Assembly (NCBI GenBank): GCA_965235115.1
Contig: OZ249436.1
Coordinates: 28,150,001 to 28,214,000, forward strand
DNA: 64,000 nt
Direction: 5' to 3'
From: Laetmonice hystrix
Lineage: Eukaryota
This document shows, one piece after another, positions 1-12,800 of this stretch; the first letter of the stretch is position 1; the number at the start of each line of letters is the position of its first letter. Position numbers and translations under genes: made by a program. The notes below the pieces were generated by a model. The model did not search any database. It saw nothing but the letters and a program-made list of their open reading frames with translations, and was not told where the DNA came from.

Positions 1-1167
1 CATAAATGTTGTGTTCACTGTTAGGCTCAGCCATTGAGAGACCATCGAGTGTTCTGTTGGATCAGCGCGACAGCAGTTCAAATGTTCAGTCTCTTTTACA
101 TTTATTTTACTTTTTGCTGCTTCAGAGATACATTATTATAATATTAACAATATTTTGTTGGCCGTATATGCCATTGGGAGATCGTGGGTTTCCCCTGGAT
201 TAGCAGCCTATCAGTATCACATGTGTGCCTAACATTTGATTTACGTTCAATTTATATTATATTACATTTATGTTATTATACATGTACATATGTATTATTA
301 TTACATGTAAACCATGGTTTTTCGCCACTGATTGACATATCATCTAGGCTTATCTCTATCATCAAATTCGTAAATATCAGTTTAATTTCATAATCGTATA
401 TTACGTAACGATTTACATTATGCTAAATGAATTATTCAGTATAATATTATACTTGCCCTATACGGCCAATGTTATACACAACATGAATTATTCAATCTGG
501 GCGTTTTGTCATTGACTTTGGCTCTACAATGAGCCCTTCAATTCAATCAATTTCAATGAGCGGGTTGTTACCCTGGCCATGTTCCCTTGTACGGCTTCTG
601 TTCATGATGGCGACTACACGATTGAGGTCCAAGCCCAAGCTCCCACGGAATTCTCCGATCTTCATGCCCCCATGCAAGAGGGAGCGTCTCATTATGGGTC
701 AAGCGGAACCGGGTCGGCCTCGACTATTTCGCAAGGATTCGCGGCTGGTGTCCAGACGGTTCCCATTTACGACTGTTCAGGGAGGTTGGAGTCTCCTTGA
801 AACTCCGTATGGACGCTTCAGTTAAAATGGGATTTGGAGCGGTTTTTCGGATCTGACTAGATAATAGGCCTAGCCGGTGTCCATCTTCGTTGGATCGACA
901 AGATGTTTTTATTGGAGCTATACCTCCATTTTTTTTTTTTTTTTTGCAGTTGCCCTGTGTGGGGAATATGTTTGAAACTCCATGGTTGAGTTTCATACCA
1001 TAATATTTGTGACACAATCATTAACTCAACTTGACCTTCAAAGAATCAAGGAAACAAGGGAAAGCAGATGATTTGCATCGGTTGCAGAATAGGCGTTTCA
1101 TTTCCCTGCATCCCTGCACTGTGTGTTGTGGGTGGCTCCACCTGCTTGTTCCAAGCAGGTTAGTGGC

Positions 1168-2561
1168 CTGCGTCGCCACTCACATTTAACTGTTCAACAC
1201 ATTTTTAACCCTTTAACACATATTTTTTAACGATAATGTTCCTATTTTTAGATTTGGGAACATAGACATTAATGGTTTCGAGACGGTGCAGTGTGGACTC
1301 ACTGTCAAGAGTAATACCAATTCATGGACATTTACTTATTGTTACCGTTAGTTGTAATTTTCTACCATATCTATTCCCATGACAATGCAGTGTGGGCTCA
1401 TTGTCAAAAATGGGACATTAATGGTTTCGAGACGGTGCAGTGAGGGCTCACTGTCAAGAGTAATACCAATTCATGGACATTTACTTATTGTTACCGTTAG
1501 TTGTAATTTTCTACCATATCTATTCCCATGACAATGCAGTGTGGGCTCATTGTCAAGAATGGGATGGTGACACCCTTTCTGTTCAGAAATAACCTAATTG
1601 TCCTAAACCTTTAATTAATGTTGGACACGTGCAGTGTGGGCTCACTGTCCAACTTATATTTTTAATATTATAATAAACGGGTGTTGCCCAAATAACAACA
1701 TTATCTGTTTCCGAGTGTTGCCTGCATAAAGGCACGTTGTAACCGAAGGTTCAACGAATTTTATGCAGGAAAACACGAGAGGCCTACTGTCTGAATCAGT
1801 GCCGTCATGGCAACAACTTTCTGGGTCATGTGTTGAATAATTATGTCACGCCGAATCCCATCATGCATCATGCCGCAACCGGTTGACGACCGTGACGTTG
1901 TCCTTGAATCTTCCCACTTTCTTCAAGACACGCAGGGTAACGGTTTTCAGTGCCTCCACCGCCCCACCTGCCGCCTTAGGCCATCTGTTTGATGGGCTCT
2001 GCGTCGCCACTCACATTTAACTGTTCAACACATTTTTAACCCTTTAACACATATTTTTTAACGATAATGTTCCTATTTTTAGATTTGGGAACATAGACAT
2101 TAATGGTTTCGAGACGGTGCAGTGTGGACTCACTGTCAAGAGTAATACCAATTCATGGACATTTACTTATTGTTACCGTTAGTTGTAATTTTCTACCATA
2201 TCTATTCCCATGACAATGCAGTGTGGGCTCATTGTCAAAAATGGGACATTAATGGTTTCGAGACGGTGCAGTGAGGGCTCACTGTCAAGAGTAATACCAA
2301 TTCATGGACATTTACTTATTGTTACCGTTAGTTGTAATTTTCTACCATATCTATTCCCATGACAATGCAGTGTGGGCTCATTGTCAAGAATGGGATGGTG
2401 ACACCCTTTCTGTTCAGAAATAACCTAATTGTCCTAAACCTTTAATTAATGTTGGACACGTGCAGTGTGGGCTCACTGTCCAACTTATATTTTTAATATT
2501 ATAATAAACGGGTGTTGCCCAAATAACAACATTATCTGTTTCCGAGTGTTGCCTGCATAAA
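1168..2561. repeat. Two near-identical 563-bp direct repeats (1168-1730, 1999-2561), each with an internal ~149-bp duplication
   Basis: Direct comparison: offset 831 bp, from ctgcgtcgccactcac to gtgttgcctgcataaa. Confidence 0.92.
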
Positions 2562-2674
2562 AAGCAATAAGACTAACAGAAAAACGCCAACGCCAAAGAA
2601 CCGTTGCAACGTTCTTTCACAGCGCTACACTGCCCACTATTATAAAGCAGTCGGATTTGAAAAAAAAAGACTTG

Positions 2675-2737
2675 ACGCGGGGGGTTTTAGGTCACGCGCG
2701 CGGGGACAAGAAACGAAACTAATTTTTTTTGGCCTTA
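2675..2737 (-). mobile_element. Possible DNA-transposon terminus (TAA|GGCCAAAAAAAA..., Zator-like GG end)
   Basis: Terminal motif and TWA flank only; no partner TIR found in the window. Confidence 0.25.
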
Positions 2738-3702
2738 CTCCGGTGAAATAACTTCTTGAGAAGGAAGGGGGGAATTATCTCTGGCCATATCAGGCTATAT
2801 TACTTTTACCTTTTATTGATTTTCAATACATGTTAGACAAGTATTTGAGCTTTGTAATAATGTTCGTTTTCTTCTGGGGACCCCCCTTTTCCGCCCTGCC
2901 CCCACATGCCAACACATCCACAGCACTACCAAAGGGTGAATATTTCTAAGTCGTTCGGAACAGTAATTATGTTAACAACAAAAAACTAGCAACAACCCAT
3001 CGTACAAAATTACATGTGAAAATATATTACACATAAAACAAGATATTTACCATGAGGAATAAAACTCAAATTCAGACTTCTACAAGAAATCACATGTGTC
3101 GATAAAATATACAGCTTTCATCATCGCAGTAAAAATGTACACATCACACCCACACGCGTTCGATGTCAAAAATCCTTCAAGTATTTCATCCATGGCAATC
3201 CGTTATAACCCCCACCTGCCCATCATTTATACGAGGGTCTTCCACCCCAGCCAGACACATTTAACTTTGATCTCAGCGCCCCCTCCTGCCCTCATGTAGA
3301 GTTAAAAGTAAATCCTAGATTTAATCCATCTTCATAGAATTTCAAAAGCGTCGTCTACCTTGAAGTTACTTTTCGCGAAGATAACAGAAATGTATGCCCT
3401 GCCGTACACACGCTATGAGAAACTGAAAGAACCGAACGGTGTATTTTTTTTATATCACTTCCGAATCTTGATATCGTATCCTAGAAGTAAATGTTCATTA
3501 CCAGTCGATGATGCACTGACCAGTGTAAGCTAATTCATCACCGGAGAGAAGGATCTTCCGGTTCCTCCCTCCGATGTCGCTGTTCTCCACCCTTCCGGCG
3601 GATTAGTTCTCTCAATCTCCGCAGGAGGGCGCATTAAACGCGCGGTGGTGGTTTTAATGCCATAAATTAACGTGCAGCGCGCAGCTTAAATCTACGTCTT
3701 AC

Positions 3703-3882
3703 CTATCGAGCCAAATTTTCGGTCTATGATAAGCTGAGCCTGCTGAGCGCTCTCTGCTACCTCGAGTCGTTGCGATCCGTCGGCAAAACTGAACACTCCA
3801 TGGGGCTCGTTCCCGCCCTCTATGGTAACTATGGCAACCGATTTTTGAGGGTCAACCCCAGCGGCACCGGTCTGCCGAACCC
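3703..3882 (-). CDS. ADGRV1: ADGRV1 exon (180 nt, phase 1-1) GVRQTGAA...DRKFGSI
   Basis: tttcAG|GG acceptor, TAG|GTaaga donor; GNEPHGVFSF motif; the next exon was not found in 1-3702. Confidence 0.9.
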
Positions 3883-6800
3883 CTGAAACAAAAAGATATT
3901 TCTTTAAGAATGTAAAGTTCATGTGTAAATTTGTCTACTCAACACCAATTTTTTTGGTCCGATTGCGAAAGAGTTTAATTAATAATAGTTCCAATGTTAT
4001 GACAGTAGGATTTACCCTCCCACTCCTAGTACTCAAATAACTTCCAATAACAACCATGCGTAATGTCAAATACCATAACTTCCAATAACAACCATGCGTA
4101 ATGACAAATACCATAACTTCCAATAACAACCATGCGTAATGACAAATACCATAACTTCCAATAACAACCAAGCGTAATGACAAATACCATAACTTCCAAT
4201 AACAACCATGCGTAATGACAAATACCATAACTTCCAATAACAACCATGCGTAATAAGTGTTTGCTTTGATTTTACACTCAATGACTGAGTTTATCCAGTC
4301 CTAGATTGAGCCAGGAGCGGCCACCTCTCAGTGTCACTCGGAAGTGGTAAGTTCAATATCCTCATCACTCCCACGTTATATCTTCACAGATCCGCTCGAA
4401 CTCTGCGCAGTGTTATAACCAATAAGAATGATTACCTTGTGTGGTGATATTGACCAGTTTGAGCGAGTATTCCTGGTTTATCTTGGGCTGACTGTCCTCC
4501 AACACCATCAGAGTCACGTCCTTCTGATATTCTCCCTGGTTAATACGTGGTTTTTATTTCAAAACATTAAACTTTCATAGAATTCGCCATATTCATATAC
4601 ATATTCATATACAGGCTTTCAACGGATGTTTTCAAATGCTTTTCATCAAGTGTTTTTTTAAACCTAACCCTTTCTCCCTGTTATACTAACAGTGGCAATA
4701 TTTATTTATACTTCCCTGAGTACAAATCAACACACCCATACAATATATTCAAAAACCGTTAAAGCCATTCACAATTATCTCTTAGTTCAATGACTCCGAA
4801 ATGCAGACATAGGCTGTCAGGTTAGGTAAGGCCTTAGATTACATAAACCAATAAATGTTTACCCACAGAAATGGAGAAATCTAATGAAAATCAACATTCC
4901 AGTTGTCTGTTGTCGCTATGAAGCGATCGTCTTATGGTTTGTCGTTGACAAAAACGTTGTCACGACAACCAGGCAGAAGACGATCGCTTCATAGCGTCAA
5001 CAGACAACTGAATGTCGAATTTTAATGCACTATTCGTGTAGGAAGTTAAATCCTTACCACTCCGAAAGTGAAGATTCCAGTATACATGTTAAACTTGAGT
5101 TCAGGTGGCTCACTGTTGACTGCCTCCAGTACCCAGATCACGGTCACCTCCCCAAGGCTGCCGTCTGTCCTTTCTACGGTCACTTTAAACACACCTCCTG
5201 AAACCAAGAAACAGTCCTCCTTTATCCACGGTTCAAACCAACTGCACGCTCTTCTTCCATATGCCCCTGTTGGATCTTACTTTACATCCTTCAGTGCACC
5301 AACTACAATTCTGGAATTCAACCCAGGTATTATTTTTATTGAATCATATCACTTCCCTAATTACAAATAATAAGGATCCAACAGCAACGGTACCACAGCA
5401 CAATTACATTACTCCCGTGAAACAGAACAGAGAAATAAGAGGCATACAGGGTGTTTCAAAAAAGAAATAAAGTGTAGATTAGCACAAAAGTGCTGAACGT
5501 TACCAAAGTAGGCAACAAGTGAGAGTTATTTTTGTTCTCCTTCCAATCAAACCAGGAACATGGGAGTCACTAACGAGTGACCAGCAATTGTTTTAACGTG
5601 TCTGTCGCGTACTTGGAATATCTTTATTATAACACTAACTGCCTGTTTCCTCATTCTTAAGTACATCTATTGTAATCACATTATTCCTGCTTTTGTTTTC
5701 TTCTCCTTCTCTTTTTTCAACCACCCTGTATAACATCATTCATCTTTAGGCAACAAAATAATGATCCCGAACAGAGCCCCGATGGCCACAATAACAACTT
5801 CTACACATTGATTATTAACACTTTAGCGGTTGATACCGAGTCCAAGGAGAACCCACCTTCCTGTACGAGGTATGACGTCTGAGTGAAGTAAAGCACACCT
5901 CCCACGTTATCATTAGCTGTCACCACCACCCGTACAGAACTCTCCGAGCTCACAGTGGCTCCCCCTGTCGGCTCGCTCAGTTCTACCACGATCCATTCAT
6001 CGTCTTCAGGCATGGTGTCGTCCTCGATACCGATAGTCAGCGCTGCGGTAACGGAATGTTTTATTGTTACAGGGTCAATGCTGAGAGTGACATTAAAATG
6101 TTTCTGACCGGATTGTCTGCTCAAACCCAGCCGATCAGAAGCGTAAAGTTTAAGGTTTAGCAAGAGCTTAAGTTTTTCCGAATAGGGCCTTGGTTATTGC
6201 TTTTTCAGTTTATGTTATATATCTGACTATACATGATTTATACTATAGATTGCATTCATTCCTTAACGTTAAGAATGTTAGTACAGAAAACTGTTATTTA
6301 TATAGTATGAGATATGAGATGTCGAACTCTGCCTGGCTGTCCTGCACATCAGGATACTAATAGCCTAAAACTGTACAATAATAAAAAGGCAAAGGCTCAC
6401 GCTCTGTCATATTAAGTTGACTTATAACATGCAAGAACTTTAGTCATGTTATATAATGATTTTATAGTACTATCTAACCATCTAATATATTATGAACAAC
6501 ACGCCAATTGTCAAGATCTCCAAGGCAGATAATGGCTATGTAGCGGTGATTAGTCGCCAGCTAACCGGTATCCCATTTGCACAGACAATAACAAGAAATA
6601 CGCAGTATCTGAAATGCACTTTTAAATGTCCTACCGAACGAGAGTAATTTGTCCGGTTTTATGACCATCAAAGTTAGGTGACCATTTATATTTGTAGTAC
6701 AGTTAATGGTACTTACAAAAACCGAAATGACTGAGAACACTAATTTAGCAACAGAGAGAAGAGAAAAATGTCTCAAGACTAGCTGAAGCCTGGTATAAAA

Positions 6801-9800
6801 GACTTTCTTAAGCAAAAAAAATATAAAATTGTGAAATGGGAAAATAGTTAAGAAAATAAATAAATATCAAGTTTTGTAACAATTCTATGTAATGTAGAAA
6901 TAGTTAATTTACTATCATGTACTCAGCTGGTCCTTGGCATATATATTCATTTACCTAAGACAGAAATCTGAAAAATAAGCTGACAATGTCATATTGACCA
7001 CACATCATGACTTAGTTCTTTTGCCCCTTCACTGTAATGTACGGCTGATTGACAATAAAAGTGACAATAAAACGTTGGCTCTGCAGAAAAGCTCACATCT
7101 CCATGTATCCATGTTTTTTTTACATCAAATAATAAACAGGAAAATGAGTGTGACAAGAACGGTATAAAATCCCGAATTTTCATGGAATGTCAGCCTTCAG
7201 TTGTAATGATAACAGTCTATACCAGTAACTTACTGCGCTGTGTGTCTCCTGGTCCGAAGGTAAGGGTGGCGCCATCTGCGATGAAATCCTGCCCTCTAGT
7301 GGCGTTGGTTGAAGTGACATTGATTTTCCACGTCACAGACACCTCACCTATGGTGCCACCTGAAGGACGATAATATCGGTCAAGTCGAGGTCACAAAGAA
7401 TCATGGCATACAATTAAGGAAAATTCTAAATACTGGATCTAAAAAATAAATACAGGCATAAAACTTGCGACCTAAGAGACTTGGATACAATAATGTTTAT
7501 TATTGTGAATTTGTCCGACTGTGAAAGAGTTTAATAATACCAGGTCCAATGTGACTTTTCTTCATGTTGAATAATTAAAGAGTCAAATTTCCGGGAGATC
7601 ATGATGCCATGACCTCTCGTTTTTCTCTCCTTTTTACATATTTGTTTTCTTGTTTCTTATTTGAATTTGAGCTATCTTTTATAAAAGGGCACCATGATAT
7701 AAGAAAATGAAAACCATCTGGCATAACTGCATAACTGAGAAAACAGAACTGATATTTTTCCGGGTTTTTTTCTGGTATTAGTTTGTTGTGTTTTACGAGC
7801 ATATTTCCCGGATGCCTATAATCCCAAGCATTATCCACCTTGTCGCTGGACGATCAGTTCCACCGAGTACTTCTCGCGTTCCTCGATCAACATGACCCGA
7901 CCCGTTGTCATGGCCCGCGGGTCGGAGCTGAAGATCCGGAACACACCGTTAGCGTTGTCGTTCTTATCGATGGTGACTGTTCGTGACCGCCGGGCGCCCA
8001 GCCTGGGAGGCATGGTGGGACTTGGAGGCGGGCCACCCAGCAACTCAACTCTGTAATAAAAACAAAAAAACGGCAACAATTTATTTCATCGTGATCCGTG
8101 TGTACGGGTCCGCCAATGCCACTTATACGCCAACCCTAGGTCTATACCGACAAAAACAACTAAACGTTAGTGCTTCCATTATTTTCAGAATTAATTAATA
8201 TTATTTTCTTTGTTTTCTTCGCATAACACTTAGAGGAATGCTCCGCAAAGCTGGCAAGGCCTTCGGAAGTTCTTATACCATAACCAAAGCTCCTGACATT
8301 TAATATTATTAATATTTCCTGCCCATCGTCAGAGGCGTACTTCTCTAGCGTCCCGTACAGTGAATCACTGACGCCTATACTTATTTCACTGACGCCTATA
8401 CTTATTTCACTGACGCCTATACATATTTCCGATGAGACAAGAGACAACACCTTTACCTGGTTAGCATGACCTCAAAGATTTCCTCCAGCTCGGGCACGTT
8501 ATCGGCCCTAACGACCACCGGGATTGACCCCACCCTGACGCCTTCCTCCATGATAACGGAACCGTCGGTGATGGGGCCGTAGTCCAGGCCGGGACTGGCC
8601 CGACGGTCAAACAACGCCGACTTCTGGAGGTCACAAAAAAAGGCACAGTCAGGCAGGCACAGTGGTAATTAGGATCCCCCCCTCCCAAAAAAATATATAT
8701 ATTTTTTTTAATGGGAGACTAATTGTTATCACATCTGATCTCATAATAACCAGCCTACCTTTTGCGCGTGACTTTCGTAATAGACGTAACCGGGTCGGTT
8801 GACGACGAAGGAGAGATCGCCGACTGGGTACCAGGTACACTCGGACAGTTGAGCGTTAAAGTCGAATGACATGCATGCCTCGGTCATCAGACAGAACTGG
8901 GCACACGCCTACAAATATTATAAGGGATTTACTTTTTCACTTCTAGTGGCCAAAATTGTTAACCCTATATACTGCAGACAATGAAGCAATTCTTTCACCC
9001 ACCCTCTGAGACCCATAAAATGATTTCGTATTTGCGGTTAATTCTATACCCCAGTTAATCTGTACTCTCATATGAAGGATTCACCAGTAGTCTACACCCA
9101 TGACTATATTTACAGCTAAATATTTTTTTTTGTCATTTAGAGGTCAATTAAGCATGTATCAAATTTAACTCAGAATCGTTTCCTTATAAATGCTGAATCT
9201 TGGAGCACCCTCCATGCACAGAGGACCCTTTGTACAGTCCTACTCGTACCACTGACCTGGAGTGGGTCTTGGAGATTTCCCACGGGTAACCTGGTACCAG
9301 TATTGGCCAGTTCCACCTTGCCCGAGGCGGGATCCTTGAAATAGTCAAAGACCGTCTGTCCGTCCTTGAGGGCTTCAGTCATGAGGTCAACATCTGCGGT
9401 CTTATAGTACACCCTGACCGGACCGTAACTCCCGCCACTGAATGGACATCAGTAAACGTATCACTGCTCGCTTAACACAATTTATTTATCTTTATACTAC
9501 TATTTTACAGATTAAATTGAAAAACTCTTGCACGCACGTTAATATTTTTTTAAAAAACGTGCATTATGCATAATTTCTGGACTAACGCCGCCTTCAAATC
9601 CATTTAAGTTACTTGATGCACAGTCTATAGAATGTTCTCAGATGCCATTCTGTTCGAGTTTCAAAAGAGACATTAAAGGATGCCATCTTTGATCAATACA
9701 AACACACACAACGCCAGCTCTTTCCTTGCCTAGGCACTTTTTTAACCAAAGTTCTTGCTTAATCCTAACGCTTCGGATAGACCAGCCAATCAGAAGCGTT

Positions 9801-12800
9801 GAGTTTAAGCTTAAGACCGGCAAGGTTTGGTACTCACACTCGAGACCGGCAAGGTTTGGGACTCACACTCGAGACCGGCAAGGTTTGGTACTCACACTCG
9901 AGTGACAGAAATATTTTGCGGAGTGTCCAACTCCGCCTCATAGACGACAAAGTTGGCAGAGTCAAACTCGATGGTTCCGTGTGGGTTGTCGTTTGGCAGG
10001 ATGGCCAGGGTGAACTGGCTCTGCTCGGGTTCCAGCCGACCCCCGTTATTGGCGTTAGTCAGGGTGACGATTACGTTCTGGAAGTGGGAAATGAAAATTC
10101 AGGCACTGAGCGGAACAAAGGTTCGTGAGGGTTCATTACGGTGATGATTTTTCTAATAGCAATTGCACCTGAGTCTCTCTGCATAATGAAGGAAGACATA
10201 AATTGCTCTCTATGTATAATGAAGACAAAATAATGCTACAGGAATCCATTTAAGAGAAAAAGTAAATGATATAAATTATGTGAAATATTGTATCAGGAGG
10301 AAATTCGTTGATTGAAAATTCCCCACAGTTTTCCCCTTGCTTTGAAATGATAAAACTTAAAATAACGACGTACAATACATCGCAGTTTTTATTTCTCATT
10401 GATCATGACCGATAATCTCTTTGCTAAATCGCATTAAGTGCATAATAAACGACTTAGCTATATTTTCTGTTGATCTTCACTCAGTCAGAAAACGGAGCAA
10501 CAGGCCGAATCTGACAGAGTGAGCGGGAAGCCCTGACCCACAACACACACCTCCAAGCCCTCGGGCTCCACATCTGGTAGGATGGTAATGGTAATATTGA
10601 GGCGAACATCACTGGTCAGGAAGTAAAGTGTTCCTGATGAGGGCTGCACGTCGTTTGTAGCAATCTCACCTGTGTTCAAAATACCACCTGGTCCGGTTAG
10701 TAAACTAGGCTGGCAGACGCCCCAGGCAACAAATCCTGGCGCGATAATCTTCAACTTTAGTTTTTGTGCGTGTCTGGATTCATATCTAAGTTCAGTCAAT
10801 CTGGGGAAAAAATAATCTTGTCGCAAGATGAAAATTCACAGAAGTATATCGGTTAAATCTCGGAAAATTCATCGAGTGCATTTTAGCCGCTGCAGTGTTA
10901 CTTTCTTCTCATTTAGACCTTGTCTAAGCTATGTTATCTAGAATTATAAATTCATTCTGAAATCGGTAAAAGCATTAACATAAATAGATAAAGTGAGTAT
11001 TCATACGTTCGATATGTGGCTTTTAATTAGAATATATGAGGAATCTTGATATAAATGGTTTCACTAAGCGCGTCGGACCGTCCGACCGGCGACGGACCAG
11101 AAATTGCAGGCCCTACAACCAAGCCCACAGATTGTCCGTCCCCGGTCGGACGGTCTTAGTGAACCACCGCCTTGTCTTCCAGAAAAGACGTTGTACGTTC
11201 ACATAATATAACTCCGCAAAATGCAGCTAGCCTTAGAAAACTGTGATTTGGGAAGAGTATAATGTTTTTACCGCCGAGTGTCGCTTGCCAACTGACAGTG
11301 ACGACGTCGAGAGTACCACGCCTCCGTACGACGGGAAGGTTGACGATCGCCGTGCTGCCATCTGGTGGCTCCTCCACGGCTAGCCGTCTGTCCTGGAACA
11401 CTGTGCACACGGCACCAAACGGAAACTCAACTGACGTTTTTTTTCTACTTCGGTCTTGAAACGGACATTCTCGTGCCCATGCATTTAAAAAGAAAATCAC
11501 GCAAGGGAACTAGCGGTGGCCGAGTGGGCATGGGCGTTGATACCTTAATATGCTATGCGAATGGGTGCAGTAATCTTGGGGCCGGGGTTGAATTCCAGTA
11601 AAGGACTATACAACTTTTCTCTTTCCGGACATTCCCAAAGTAACTGGGTTAGCCTGATGCCCATGCATTCGAAAAAAAAATCACTCACTCACTCACTCAC
11701 CCACTCACTCACTCCTAGCCCCAGACCTAGCCCTACTACCGTATACGTACAGAAGACACCGTGCGGGTCGTCTGACTCATTGATCTGTACACTGGTCTGA
11801 CAGACCGCTGGTACCATCACTCACTCACTCACTCACTCACTCACTCACTCCTAGCCCCAGACCTAGCCCTACTACCGTATACGTACAGAAGACACCGTGC
11901 GGGTCGTCTGACTCATTGATCCGTACACTGGTCTGACGGACCGCTGGTACCATTACTCACTCACTCACTCACTCACTCACTCACTCCTAGCCCCAGACCT
12001 AGCCCTACTACCGTATACGTACAGAAGACACCGTGCGGGTCGTCTGACTCATTGATCCGTACACTGGTCTGACGGACCGCTGGTACCATCACTCACTCAC
12101 TCACTCACTCACTCCTAGCCCCAGAACTAGCCCTACTACCGTATACGTACAGAAGACACCGTGCGGGTCGTCTGACTCATTGATCCGTACACTGGTCTGA
12201 CGGACCGCTGGTACCATTACTCACTCACTCACCCGCTCACTACTTACTCACTCACTCACTCACTCACTCCTAGCCCCAGACCTAGCCCTACTACCGTATA
12301 CGTACAGAAGACACCGTGCGGGTCGTCTGACTCATTGATCCGCACACTGGTTTGACGGACCGCTGGTACCATCACTCACTCACTCACTCACTCACTCACT
12401 CCTAGCCCCAGACCTAGCCCTACTACCGTATACGTACAGAAGACACTGTGCGGGTCGTCTGACTCATTGATCCGTACACTGGTCTGACGGACCGCTGGTA
12501 CCATTACTCACTCACTCACTCACTCACTCAATCCTAGCCCCAGAACTAGCCCTACTACCGTATACGTACAGAAGACACCGTGCGGGTCGTCTGACTCATT
12601 GATCCGTACACTGGTTTGACGGACCGCTGGTACCATCACTCACTCACTCACTCACTCACTCACTCCTAGCCCCAGACCTAGCCCTACTACCGTATACGTA
12701 CAGAAGACACTGTGCGGGTCGTCTGACTCATTGATCCGTACACTGGTTTGACGGACCGCTGGTACCATTACTCACTCACTCACTCACTCACTCCTAGCCC

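Noticed and set aside
1282..1653. Five CAGTG(T/A)-containing hairpins as iron-responsive elements
   Set aside because: An IRE needs a 6-nt CAGUGN loop closed by a 5-bp stem above a bulged C; here CAGTGT is followed by GGGCT and does not close that way.
1168..2561. LTR pair or TRIM retrotransposon
   Set aside because: No target-site duplication, primer-binding site or polypurine tract seen, and identity extends past the TG...CA positions.
11505..11600. tRNA gene
   Set aside because: A/B-box spacing is too long, there is no cloverleaf, and it runs into a SINE-like tail.
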